A stretch of 64,000 nt of DNA from Candidatus Geothermincolia bacterium (lineage in GTDB: Bacteria > Actinomycetota > Geothermincolia > Fen-727 > Anoxymicrobiaceae), in the NCBI GenBank assembly GCA_038326775.1, contig JBBQKJ010000004.1, positions 8,532 to 72,531 on the forward strand. The letters are read 5' to 3'. Under the pieces are notes generated by a model. The model was not told where the DNA came from, made no database searches, and worked only from the letters and a program-made list of their open reading frames with translations. Position numbers and translations under genes: made by a program. This document shows positions 39,041-47,054 of the stretch, in pieces; the stretch's first letter is position 1, and each line of letters opens with the position of its first letter.

Positions 39041-41053
39041 TTGCACAGGGAAGAGATCGTGTACCCGTTCACTGCGGTGGTGAGGCAGGAGCAGGTCAAG
39101 CATGCGCTCCTGCTCAACGCAGTCAGCCACGAGGTCGGCGGCGTTCTCATCAGGGGGCACCGCGGGACCGCGAAGTCCACCCTCGCCAGGGCCGCCGCCT
39201 ACCTTCTCCCGGAGATAGAGGTCGTGACCGATTGCCCCTTCTCATGCGACCCGGCCGACATGGAGTCCCTTTGCGCCAATTGCTCCGGAACGCTGGCGAT
39301 GGATGGGGCGCTCCCGTCCAGCAGGACACGCATGAAGATCGTGACCCTGCCGCTCAACGCCACGGAAGAGATGGTGGTGGGCACACTCGACTTCGAGAAA
39401 GCGCTGCGGCATGGTGTGAAGAGCTTCGAGCCCGGCATCCTGGCGCGGGCAAACCGCTCCATTCTCTACGTGGACGAGGTCAACCTCCTGGAGGACCACC
39501 TGGTCGACGTGCTGCTCGACTCGGCAGCCATGGGGGTCAACGTGGTCGAGCGCGAGGGCATCTCCTTCCGGCACGGGGCCCACTTCATCCTGGTGGGGAC
39601 CATGAACCCGGAGGAGGGCGACCTGAGGCCCCAGCTCGAGGACCGCTTCGGCCTCTGCGCCGAGGTCGACCCGGAGGTGGGCGCCGCGGACCGGGCCGAG
39701 ATACTGAGACGCAACCTCCAGTTCAGGAAGAACCCGGTGGAGTTCGAGTCCAGGTGGCACACCTCCCAGGAGGCGCTGCGCTGCAGGCTGGTCGTCGCGC
39801 GCGAGGCATACCCCACCGTAGAGGCCCCGGACGAGGTCCTGGACGTTGTGGCCAGGCTTGTCGAGAAAGCCAGGGCAGACGGGCACCGTGCCGACATAGC
39901 GATGCTTTACGCCGCCAGGGCCCTGGCCGCCCTGGAGGGACAGGAGCAGGTGTGCGTCGAGCACCTCGAACGCGTGGCGAGCCTGGCGCTCAACCACCGC
40001 ATACGCCGGGCGCCGGCAGGCACCGGTAACGGGCGCAAACGCGATATTCCTTCGCTTATGCACGAGGTCCTGGAGCGACCGGCAGCGGTCCCGGTCGCTT
40101 ACTCTTGCAAGGCCGAGGGCACGACCCGAGGCAAGGAGGAAGCCCCGACCGCGGAACGCAAGGCGCGGGCCAGGCAGCGGCCGCCCGACACCACAGCGGC
40201 CTTCGAGGAGACGAGCCTGCCGGACCGCGAGGCCAACGGCACAACCCCGGGCAAGCGAGGAAAGCAGGCCGACGCCTCCAGGGGCCGCTACTGCCGCAGC
40301 GTTGCACCCGCCGCCTCAAGCCGGCCCTTCGCCCGAGGGGACATCGCGATAGACGCTACGCTCCGGGCCGCCGCGACGCGGGGCTGCAACCCCGGTAACG
40401 GGCTGGACGTGCTCCCCGAAGACATCCGGGTCAAGCTTCGCAGAAGGAAGTGCGGGGCCTCTATAGTGTTCGTCGTGGACGCGAGCGCGTCGATGGGCGC
40501 GATGCAGCGCCTTGAGGCGGCGAGGCAGGCGATAATGTCGCTGCTGGTCGAGGCCTATCAGAAGCGCGACAGGGTGGGCCTGGTAGTCTTCAAGGACGAC
40601 GCGGCGCAGCTGGTGCTGAGCCCCACCTCCAGTAAGGCGCTGGCCGCCCGCCTGTTAACAGAACTCTCCCCGGGAGGGACCACGCCCCTGTCGCACGGGC
40701 TGTCGCTCGGCTGCAGGGTCCTCGAGAGGGAGCTGTCGCGCACCCCTCGCCCGTTCCCGGTCCTGGTGTTGATCTCGGACGGTGGCGGAAACGTGACAAT
40801 GGGTTCCTCCGACCCGATGAGCGAGGCGCTGGGGATCGCGCGCGAGATCCGCGAGCGGGGCACGAGCTCCGTAATCCTGGACAGCGCCCCTTACACCATG
40901 ATACCGGGCAAGCCCAGCTCGGCCTGGAGGCTTGCGGAAGCCATGGGAGGGGCCTACTACCCGGCCTTCAACCTGAGCGGCGAATCCATCCTGGACAAGG
41001 TCGACAGGTCGATCGCGCGCGAGCCGGTCGGAGCCCCCCACTCCACCCACTGA
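39041..41053 (+). CDS. Fused ChlI/ChlD-like chelatase subunit (AAA+ plus VWA)
   Basis: YPFTAVV, GHRGTAKS, LYVDEVNLL, GTMNPEEG; MIDAS DASAS...T...SDG; TTG start at 39041 with SD GAGGAG. Confidence 0.92.
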   Translation: MHREEIVYPFTAVVRQEQVKHALLLNAVSHEVGGVLIRGHRGTAKSTLARAAAYLLPEIEVVTDCPFSCDPADMESLCANCSGTLAMDGALPSSRTRMKIVTLPLNATEEMVVGTLDFEKALRHGVKSFEPGILARANRSILYVDEVNLLEDHLVDVLLDSAAMGVNVVEREGISFRHGAHFILVGTMNPEEGDLRPQLEDRFGLCAEVDPEVGAADRAEILRRNLQFRKNPVEFESRWHTSQEALRCRLVVAREAYPTVEAPDEVLDVVARLVEKARADGHRADIAMLYAARALAALEGQEQVCVEHLERVASLALNHRIRRAPAGTGNGRKRDIPSLMHEVLERPAAVPVAYSCKAEGTTRGKEEAPTAERKARARQRPPDTTAAFEETSLPDREANGTTPGKRGKQADASRGRYCRSVAPAASSRPFARGDIAIDATLRAAATRGCNPGNGLDVLPEDIRVKLRRRKCGASIVFVVDASASMGAMQRLEAARQAIMSLLVEAYQKRDRVGLVVFKDDAAQLVLSPTSSKALAARLLTELSPGGTTPLSHGLSLGCRVLERELSRTPRPFPVLVLISDGGGNVTMGSSDPMSEALGIAREIRERGTSSVILDSAPYTMIPGKPSSAWRLAEAMGGAYYPAFNLSGESILDKVDRSIAREPVGAPHSTH

Positions 41054-41132
41054 GAGTCCTCCGAACCCGGCGTCCCGTCGCGTCAGAAGAAACAGTTCGC
41101 GGGAGTTATTCACTGACTCGGGAAGAAAACAT

Positions 41133-41161
41133 TTGCCACGCCCGGTGCGTTCAAATAAAAT
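41133..41161 (+). promoter_or_regulatory. sigma70-type promoter
   Basis: TTGCCA-N17-TAAAAT. Confidence 0.6.
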
Positions 41162-41212
41162 CTATGCGTCCGTACAGAACGTGCGAGCGACCGTCCTCTC
41201 GAAGGGACCGCC

Positions 41213-41695
41213 ATGATAGTCGCGACCAAGCTGATCAGGATTATCGAGAAGAACTCGGACATCATCGCCGACAAGTGGGTTGACGAGGTCACAACGTCGC
41301 CTTACACGCGCTCTTACTGGAACGTCTCCCGGGAGGATCTGCAGGAGCGCGCGGCGAGCATTTGCCAGCGCATCGGGTATTTCCTGGGCAAGCGGCTTCC
41401 CCGGGAGAGGCTCGCGTCTTTTTACCGAAGGGTCGGCCAGGCCCGCAGGGCGCAGGGGTACGAGTTGGAAGAGGTGGTCATGGCCCTCCTTCTCCTCAAG
41501 CGCCAGATATGGTTGTTCGTGATGCAGGAGGGCTTTCTGAACATCAACCTGGAGCTCTATCAGGGCCTCGAGCTGAACAACCGGGTCGTGCTCTACTTCG
41601 ACCGCGCTATATACTTCGTTGCCCAGGCCTTCTCGGAAGAAGACCAGTTGGAAGCGGCTGCCAGGGCAGGGGGCGCCAGGGAATCCGGCGACTGA
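41213..41695 (+). CDS. Stand-alone RsbRD-N-like (globin-like helical) protein
   Basis: IIADKW...GQARRAQGYELEEVVMALLLLKRQIW...FDRAIYFVAQAF pattern. Confidence 0.7.
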   Translation: MIVATKLIRIIEKNSDIIADKWVDEVTTSPYTRSYWNVSREDLQERAASICQRIGYFLGKRLPRERLASFYRRVGQARRAQGYELEEVVMALLLLKRQIWLFVMQEGFLNINLELYQGLELNNRVVLYFDRAIYFVAQAFSEEDQLEAAARAGGARESGD

Positions 41696-41700
41696 GCTCC

Positions 41701-42345
41701 TCACTCGACGGGTTGCTCCTTGAGCCTCCTCGCCTTGCCAATGCGCACCACTATCGCTTGAAGCTTTCCGTCGGGACCCTTTCGCGCCAGCACCTGCACC
41801 TGCTCGCCGGTTTTCAGCTCGGCGGCCTTGCCGCCACCAGCTCCGGCGGCGCCCGCTCCGGCTCCGAGGTACCTGGTATCTGCGGCTACGCTGACAGTCT
41901 GGTCGCCGCCGGGTGTCTCGACCGTCACGTTGCCGTCCTGGACCGCTCGGACCGTGCCCGTGATGAGGCTCGCCTCGCCACTATCGAGCATTTCGGCGAC
42001 CCGCTCGCGAACCTTCCTGCCCGGCAATATTCCCGCGCCTGGCCCCTGCCCGGCTCCGAACCTCTCGGCGCTCCTTGTGCCTATGAGCGGCCGGTTGTCC
42101 GCGCTTTGGTTCCCGATCGTGTAGCCGAGCGCCAACGATGAGGCAATGACAATGATCGCCAGGATGGCGATGCCGATGAACAGTAAGGCCTTCTGGTTCC
42201 TCTCGTACGCGCCGCCGTCGCGCCCGCCTCGGGGATGGGCGGGTGGAGGCGCGCACTCCACCGCGGTTGCTTCGACGGCTTCGTCCGTTGTCGGTGCGAC
42301 CGCGCCCTCGTCGGGCGCCCCGCCCTGCTGCTTGCTCTCGCTCAC
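41701..42345 (-). CDS. Membrane-anchored DUF5666-like OB-fold protein
   Basis: GTG start at 42345 with SD AAGGAG; TM; ITGTVRAVQDGNVTVET...TVSVAADTRY...LKTGEQVQV. Confidence 0.7.
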   Translation of the reverse strand: MSESKQQGGAPDEGAVAPTTDEAVEATAVECAPPPAHPRGGRDGGAYERNQKALLFIGIAILAIIVIASSLALGYTIGNQSADNRPLIGTRSAERFGAGQGPGAGILPGRKVRERVAEMLDSGEASLITGTVRAVQDGNVTVETPGGDQTVSVAADTRYLGAGAGAAGAGGGKAAELKTGEQVQVLARKGPDGKLQAIVVRIGKARRLKEQPVE

Positions 42346-42416
42346 AGAAATCAAGCTCCTTTTCTTTCTTACGGCATGCCAACTCGGTACTGACCGCTCC
42401 AAGTATCGAGGACGCC

Positions 42417-42455
42417 CGTTAATCTTCTTTTGCCATCGTGTTAAATTGCTGTTAA
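42417..42455 (-). promoter_or_regulatory. In-phase TTAAC(A/G) direct repeats (OmpR/PhoB-type site candidate)
   Basis: TGTTAA at 42439 and 42450 (11-bp period) and CGTTAA at 42417 (22 bp further). Confidence 0.55.
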
Positions 42456-42520
42456 TTCTGAAACGCCGGATTGCAGGAGGCATTGCCTCGGACATAGCCC
42501 TTGATTGGGGATGCGGCGCT

Positions 42521-42549
42521 TTGACAGGCCGGTGGCTATGATAGATAAT
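42521..42549 (+). promoter_or_regulatory. sigma70-type promoter of the second LytTR regulator
   Basis: TTGACA-N17-GATAAT, implying a ~140-nt leader. Confidence 0.65.
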
Positions 42550-42698
42550 CCAAACACGACCGTTGTGGCGGGGACGTCCGAAAGGGCCTCGGGCAGAGCG
42601 GTTTCACCGGATAGCGGCTAATTCGCCTGAGAAGCAAACGATGCTGTGACAAAGTTTGCCCGAAGGGCAGCGGATCCGTTGAACCGCAAAGGGGAGAG

Positions 42699-43442
42699 AT
42701 GAACGCAGAAAAACTGAAGGTGCTCGTTGTCGAAGACGAACCGCTCATAAGCGAGATGATAACCAAGAGCCTGCGGCTCGAGGGATACGTTGTAGAGTCG
42801 GCCGCCACCGGCGAGGAGGGCCTCAAGAAGGTCAAGGAGACTAACCCCGACCTGGTTCTGCTCGATGTCCTGCTTCCCAAGATAGACGGCTGGGAAGTCC
42901 TCACCCGCCTTCGCGACAGCAAAGAGAGCAGAAGCCTTCCAATAATCATGCTGACGGCCCTCGCCGACGAGAAGTCGAAGGTGCAGGGGCTTCGCGGAGG
43001 CGCGGACGACTATGTTACCAAGCCGTTCAGCGCGCTCGAGTTGATGGCCCGGGTCGAGGCGGTTTTGAAGCGCGCGCGCGCGCAAAGGCCCGCCCATCGA
43101 GACGCCGCCATGCCCCAGATACCGGCGCGCAAGGGCGAGAAGATATACCTGGTGAACGTGGACGACATCAACTTCATAAGCATCCAGAGGGAGTACACCT
43201 ACCTTCATACCGACAGCGACCGCTTTCTGACCAACCACACCCTGGCCGAGCTCGAGAGGATGCTTGACCCCCTCAAGTTCTTCCGCGCCCACAGGGGTTA
43301 CCTGGTCAACCTGCAGAAGGTCAAGGCAATCACACGCATAGGGTCCTCCTCCTACGAGTTGACCATGAACGACCCAGGCCAGAGCAAAATACCCATGAGT
43401 CGTCGCCAGAGCTCGGAATTGAAAAAAACATTGAACATGTAG
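42699..43442 (+). CDS. Response regulator, REC + LytTR (paralog of 15419-16180)
   Basis: VEDE, LDVLLP, MLTA, KPF; FFRAHRGYLVN; IPMSRR. Confidence 0.95.
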   Translation: MNAEKLKVLVVEDEPLISEMITKSLRLEGYVVESAATGEEGLKKVKETNPDLVLLDVLLPKIDGWEVLTRLRDSKESRSLPIIMLTALADEKSKVQGLRGGADDYVTKPFSALELMARVEAVLKRARAQRPAHRDAAMPQIPARKGEKIYLVNVDDINFISIQREYTYLHTDSDRFLTNHTLAELERMLDPLKFFRAHRGYLVNLQKVKAITRIGSSSYELTMNDPGQSKIPMSRRQSSELKKTLNM

Positions 43443-43523
43443 CTCTATCTTTGTTCAGTATCCCCGCTTATCCACCAATTACGCTGTTTACCCGTCTCTT
43501 TCGCCCGCAAACTGGTATTTCCA

Positions 43524-43552
43524 TTGATTCTTCCCCGTCCCGGGACCAAAAT
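43524..43552 (+). promoter_or_regulatory. Candidate promoter for the structured RNA
   Basis: TTGATT-N17-CAAAAT, placing a TSS near 43559. Confidence 0.45.
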
Positions 43553-43567
43553 GGTATCAGAGGTACC

Positions 43568-43923
43568 GCTTCTCATCCGACAGGCAGCCGGAAAGCCCGG
43601 CTTAGCCGGGAGAATCGGTTGCCAGTACCAAGTTCGGACAACCGGGTACAGCTCAGGGTTAAAGTATTTGGACCATCCAAATATCCCCAAGAGTTGCCGC
43701 ATTAGGTCTGATACGCCGATCTTGATCGGGACCCGGTTCCAAGGCCCGGTTGTCCTCTCCCCAACGCCAAGGTAGCTGTTTGTCGTTTGCTTATTAGGCT
43801 CCTTGCCTACCCCCATCGTGGAGTGTTACTTGTTTGACCTGGTGTGGCGATGGCGGGTTTATTCTCCTTTGTGTGTGACGATGGGGACCTGCCGCCTTAT
43901 GGCGCCGGAAGGTGATGAGAAGC
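43568..43923 (+). ncRNA. Candidate structured non-coding RNA of unknown family (~356 nt)
   Basis: 10-bp closing stem (43568-77/43914-23) plus nested stems of 11, 9, 8, 8, 6 and 6 bp; G-U pairs favour the plus strand; no credible CDS. Confidence 0.6.
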
Positions 43924-44021
43924 ATCCCTGAAGCACACCATGTTCAAGCTCGCGGCCGGCTCGCTCAAGTTATGAGAACGAAACCGGCCGCCTGAAGTTA
44001 CAGCCTGCCGGGCGTGAGCCC

Positions 44022-44207
44022 TCAGACCTTTATCACGATGCGGTGCTCGAGGAACGTTATCTCCTCGAGGGTGCCGTCGAACTCCTTCTTCTCTCCGAGG
44101 ATGTCGGTAACGCTGATACGGCCGGCCTCGCTCTCGACCAGGACGGCGTCCTCCATGACCAGCCGGTCGCCTTCACCGTCTCGCAGGTAAACGTTCGATT
44201 CGCACAA
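44022..44207 (-). CDS. cooT: CooT-family nickel-binding protein
   Basis: MCESNVYL...VMEDAV...DILGEKK...ITFLEHRIVI; TTG start at 44207 with SD GGGAGG. Confidence 0.88.
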   Translation of the reverse strand: MCESNVYLRDGEGDRLVMEDAVLVESEAGRISVTDILGEKKEFDGTLEEITFLEHRIVIKV

Positions 44208-44279
44208 GTCAATCCCTCCCAGGTCGTACGACGTTGTTCGGAGATTACATTGTAATAGATTTGCGGGGCGCGGCGGCAC

Positions 44280-45242
44280 TCATGCCGCCCGCTTCTCCTT
44301 CGTACGCCTCTTGAGAAGGTAGTAGATGCCCAGCCCGACGAGCGCCAGGATCAATATGTAGATGAGCGCGTTGCCCAGGAAGATGATGACGGCGTTCAGG
44401 CCATCCACCACCCCGTGAAGCCCATCCTTAAGCGCGTCCACGAAGCCCCAACCCTCATCGGTATCGCCGCCGCTTGCCCCGGGCTCTGTCATCGTGACCT
44501 GGACGGTCGAGTAGTAGACATGGTTGTCGAGGTAGTTCTTACGGCCGGTGAGCTCCTCTATCTGGCCCTGGATGACCGAAAGCTCCCTCTGCACCGAGAT
44601 AGCTTCCTCGATGGTCGTCGCCCTGGCCATCAGCGCGAGGTAAACCGATTCCTGGCTCTTGAGGTTCCTGACGCGGCTCTCCAGGTCCACGTACTCCTCG
44701 GTGACGTCCTGCGCCTGCTCCGTGACAGCGGTCACCTCGCCGAGCTCCCTGAGCTGCTCCATGACCTTGCCGAACGAATCGTTCGGCACCCTCAGCGTCA
44801 CCGTGCCGCCGGTGATGCTGCCGTTGGAGGAGTTTGAGCGTGAGTCCGAGATGAGGCCGCCCGCGCCCTCGGCTATGAGCTGGACCCTGGCGTACTTATC
44901 GTTGAACGAGCCCTGCTTTATCTCGATGGAGACCGCGCCTGTCTTTATGACCTTCGCCTCCGTCTTCGGGGCCGGCTGGACCTGGGTCCTTGTCCCTGAC
45001 ACCTGGCCCGCCTGGGCGTTCTGGCCGCTGGTGGACTCGGGGCTCGCGGCGTCCTTCTGCTCCACGTCGCCCCTGTAGCCCGCGACCTCCTGTTTCAGCC
45101 CCTCGTTAGGTTGCGCGGTCTCAGGTCCCCTGCGCCGGCCAACGGTAAGGCCGATCGCCATGAGGACCAGCAAGGCCACCAGGACAAGGCACCCGACGGC
45201 AACCCCTTTCTTCAGGCCCTTGAGCTTCCGCTTCTCGTCCAC
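44280..45242 (-). CDS. DUF4349 domain protein
   Basis: KVIKTG.V.I, GGLISDS, TLRVP, QDVTEEYVDLESR, IEELTGRKNYL; N- and C-terminal TMs; GTG 45242. Confidence 0.9.
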   Translation of the reverse strand: MDEKRKLKGLKKGVAVGCLVLVALLVLMAIGLTVGRRRGPETAQPNEGLKQEVAGYRGDVEQKDAASPESTSGQNAQAGQVSGTRTQVQPAPKTEAKVIKTGAVSIEIKQGSFNDKYARVQLIAEGAGGLISDSRSNSSNGSITGGTVTLRVPNDSFGKVMEQLRELGEVTAVTEQAQDVTEEYVDLESRVRNLKSQESVYLALMARATTIEEAISVQRELSVIQGQIEELTGRKNYLDNHVYYSTVQVTMTEPGASGGDTDEGWGFVDALKDGLHGVVDGLNAVIIFLGNALIYILILALVGLGIYYLLKRRTKEKRAA

Positions 45243-45360
45243 TGTGACCTCCCTGGCAGCATTGACAAATATCAACCTTATGACGCGTTGGCCCGCAGGA
45301 CGGTTCCAGGGGCGTCTTTGCTATAATAGAGGTGGAATTCGTGCGCTTGCGGAGAGATCT

Positions 45361-46290
45361 TTGGAACAGAACCCAATCGCTCTTGACAGCATCAAGAAGT
45401 CTTATCGAAGCGGCCTCAGGAGAAAACGCAGGGTCGCTGTCGATGGCCTGTCTCTCGAGGTCAACCCGGGCGACATCTTCGGCCTTCTGGGGCCGAACGG
45501 CGCCGGCAAGACGACCACCATAAAAATCCTGCTGGGCATCGTATTCCCTGACGGCGGTGAGGGCTCCCTGCTGGGGCACCCGCTGGGCGCAAGGGAGGCG
45601 CACGCGAGGCTTGGGTTTCTCCCCGAGCAGCCGTACTTCTACGGCTTTCTCACCGCCGAGAAAGGCCTCGAGCTCTACGGCAAGTTCTTCGGCTTACGCG
45701 GGCCGCTCCTCAAAGACAGGTCGAGGGAGCTCCTGGACATGGTTGGGCTCGAGCGCGACTCCCACCTCACCCTGGACAAGTACTCAAAGGGCATGCTGCA
45801 GCGCTTCGGAATAGCGCAGGCTTTGCTCAACGATCCCGAACTGGTGATTATGGACGAGCCCTCCAGCGGCCTCGACCCGGTCGGCCAGAAGGAGGTCAGG
45901 GACATCCTCCTGCACCTCAAGGAGCAGGGCAAGACCATCTTCCTCTCGAGCCACCAGCTATCCGAGGTCGAGAACATCTGTGACAGCGTTACCATCGTGA
46001 ACCTGGGGCGTTCGGTGAAGGAAGGCAGGCTCGCCGACCTGCTTTCCGTTGAAGGCCTGACCAGGATAGTTCTCAGGGGCGGCGGCCCGGCGGCGCTCGA
46101 GGCGCTCGAGCCGCTGGCCAGCAGCATCGCGACGCTCGACGGCGACACGGTGCTCCAAGTGGAGGAGCCCGGGGTGTTCCCGGTGCTCGAGGCAGCCCGG
46201 GGCCTCGGCATGGAGCTGGTACGGGTCGAGCCATACCACCTGTCCCTGGAAGAGCTCTTCCTGCAGACCATAAGGGAGACTGCACCTTGA
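45361..46290 (+). CDS. ABC transporter ATP-binding protein (PilH-like)
   Basis: GPNGAGKTT, YSKGMLQR, MDEPSSGLDP, SSHQL; TTG 45361 with SD GGAGAG. Confidence 0.93.
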   Translation: MEQNPIALDSIKKSYRSGLRRKRRVAVDGLSLEVNPGDIFGLLGPNGAGKTTTIKILLGIVFPDGGEGSLLGHPLGAREAHARLGFLPEQPYFYGFLTAEKGLELYGKFFGLRGPLLKDRSRELLDMVGLERDSHLTLDKYSKGMLQRFGIAQALLNDPELVIMDEPSSGLDPVGQKEVRDILLHLKEQGKTIFLSSHQLSEVENICDSVTIVNLGRSVKEGRLADLLSVEGLTRIVLRGGGPAALEALEPLASSIATLDGDTVLQVEEPGVFPVLEAARGLGMELVRVEPYHLSLEELFLQTIRETAP

Positions 46291-47054
46291 GGAACGTTTT
46301 CTCTCTCGCCCTCAGCGTCATAAAGGACGCGGCAAGACGCAAGGTGTTCTACGTGGTCTTCCTTTTCGGCCTGGCGGTGGTGGCCCTGTCCCCGCTCCTG
46401 CCGACGTTCGAGCTGGGCGCCAGGGCGCAGTTTCTAAGAGACATATCGTTGAGCCTCATCTCCCTGTTCGGGGTCGTGCTGGCCGTTATCCTGTCGGTAG
46501 GCCAGCTTCCAGGGGAGGTCGAAAAGAGGACCATCTACAACATTCTCTCCAAGCCGGTCAGCAGGCTGCAGTACGTGGCGGGCAAGTACCTGGGAATACT
46601 GGCGGCCCTCGCGGCCATCCTCTTTATCATGGGTCTGGAGATACTGCTGCTGATCTACGTGCGGTTGCATGTCTTCACCCCGATCGTCTTCGAAGGCGTC
46701 TTCGCGGTCTTCCTTGAGAGCGCCCTCATCGCGGCGTTCTGCCTGGCCCTGTCGACTTTCGCGACCGTGCCGGTCAACGCTTTCGCATCGGTGCTTTTCT
46801 ACGTTCTGTGCCACGTTAAGACCGGCTTTCTGCACCAGTCGCTTGTCGAGGGGACCAGCGGGGTGGTGAAGGTCTTCGCCTGGGGGTTCTATTACCTGAT
46901 CCCCAACCTCGAGAACTTCAACCTCTCCCTGAAGGTCGGCTACGGGGGAGGCGCTTCCGCGGCGGTCATGCTGCGCATCACCGGCTACGCGGGCCTGTTC
47001 ATCTCCGTGTTCCTGGTCGCGGGCTACCTGGTGTTCCGGCGGAAGGACCTGTGA
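46287..47054 (+). CDS. ABC-2 permease (PilI-like)
   Basis: Six TMs; EVEKRTIYNILSKPVSRLQYVAGKYLG; IPNLENFN. Confidence 0.9.
   Translation: MRNVFSLALSVIKDAARRKVFYVVFLFGLAVVALSPLLPTFELGARAQFLRDISLSLISLFGVVLAVILSVGQLPGEVEKRTIYNILSKPVSRLQYVAGKYLGILAALAAILFIMGLEILLLIYVRLHVFTPIVFEGVFAVFLESALIAAFCLALSTFATVPVNAFASVLFYVLCHVKTGFLHQSLVEGTSGVVKVFAWGFYYLIPNLENFNLSLKVGYGGGASAAVMLRITGYAGLFISVFLVAGYLVFRRKDL

Noticed and set aside
43445-43816. ORFs in the gap (123 aa minus; 83-84 aa plus; 18-aa MEIPVCGRKRRVNSVIGG at 43468-43524 minus)
   Set aside because: No family resemblance, and they overlap each other. The GG-ending peptide is too short to support without conservation data.
43760-43870. tmRNA-like hints on the minus strand (AATAAGCAAACGAC resume-like text; CCCGCCATCGCCACACCA)
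   Set aside because: There is no T-loop, the acceptor stem does not pair, and the tag frame does not end in an Ala-Ala stop. Neither standard nor permuted tmRNA fits.
43568-43923. RNase P, SRP, group I/II intron or raiA identity for the structured gap
   Set aside because: GAGGAAAGTCC/ACAGAACCCGGC, GGAAGGAAGCAG, P7 and domain V motifs are absent. Short raiA-like words fall on opposite strands.
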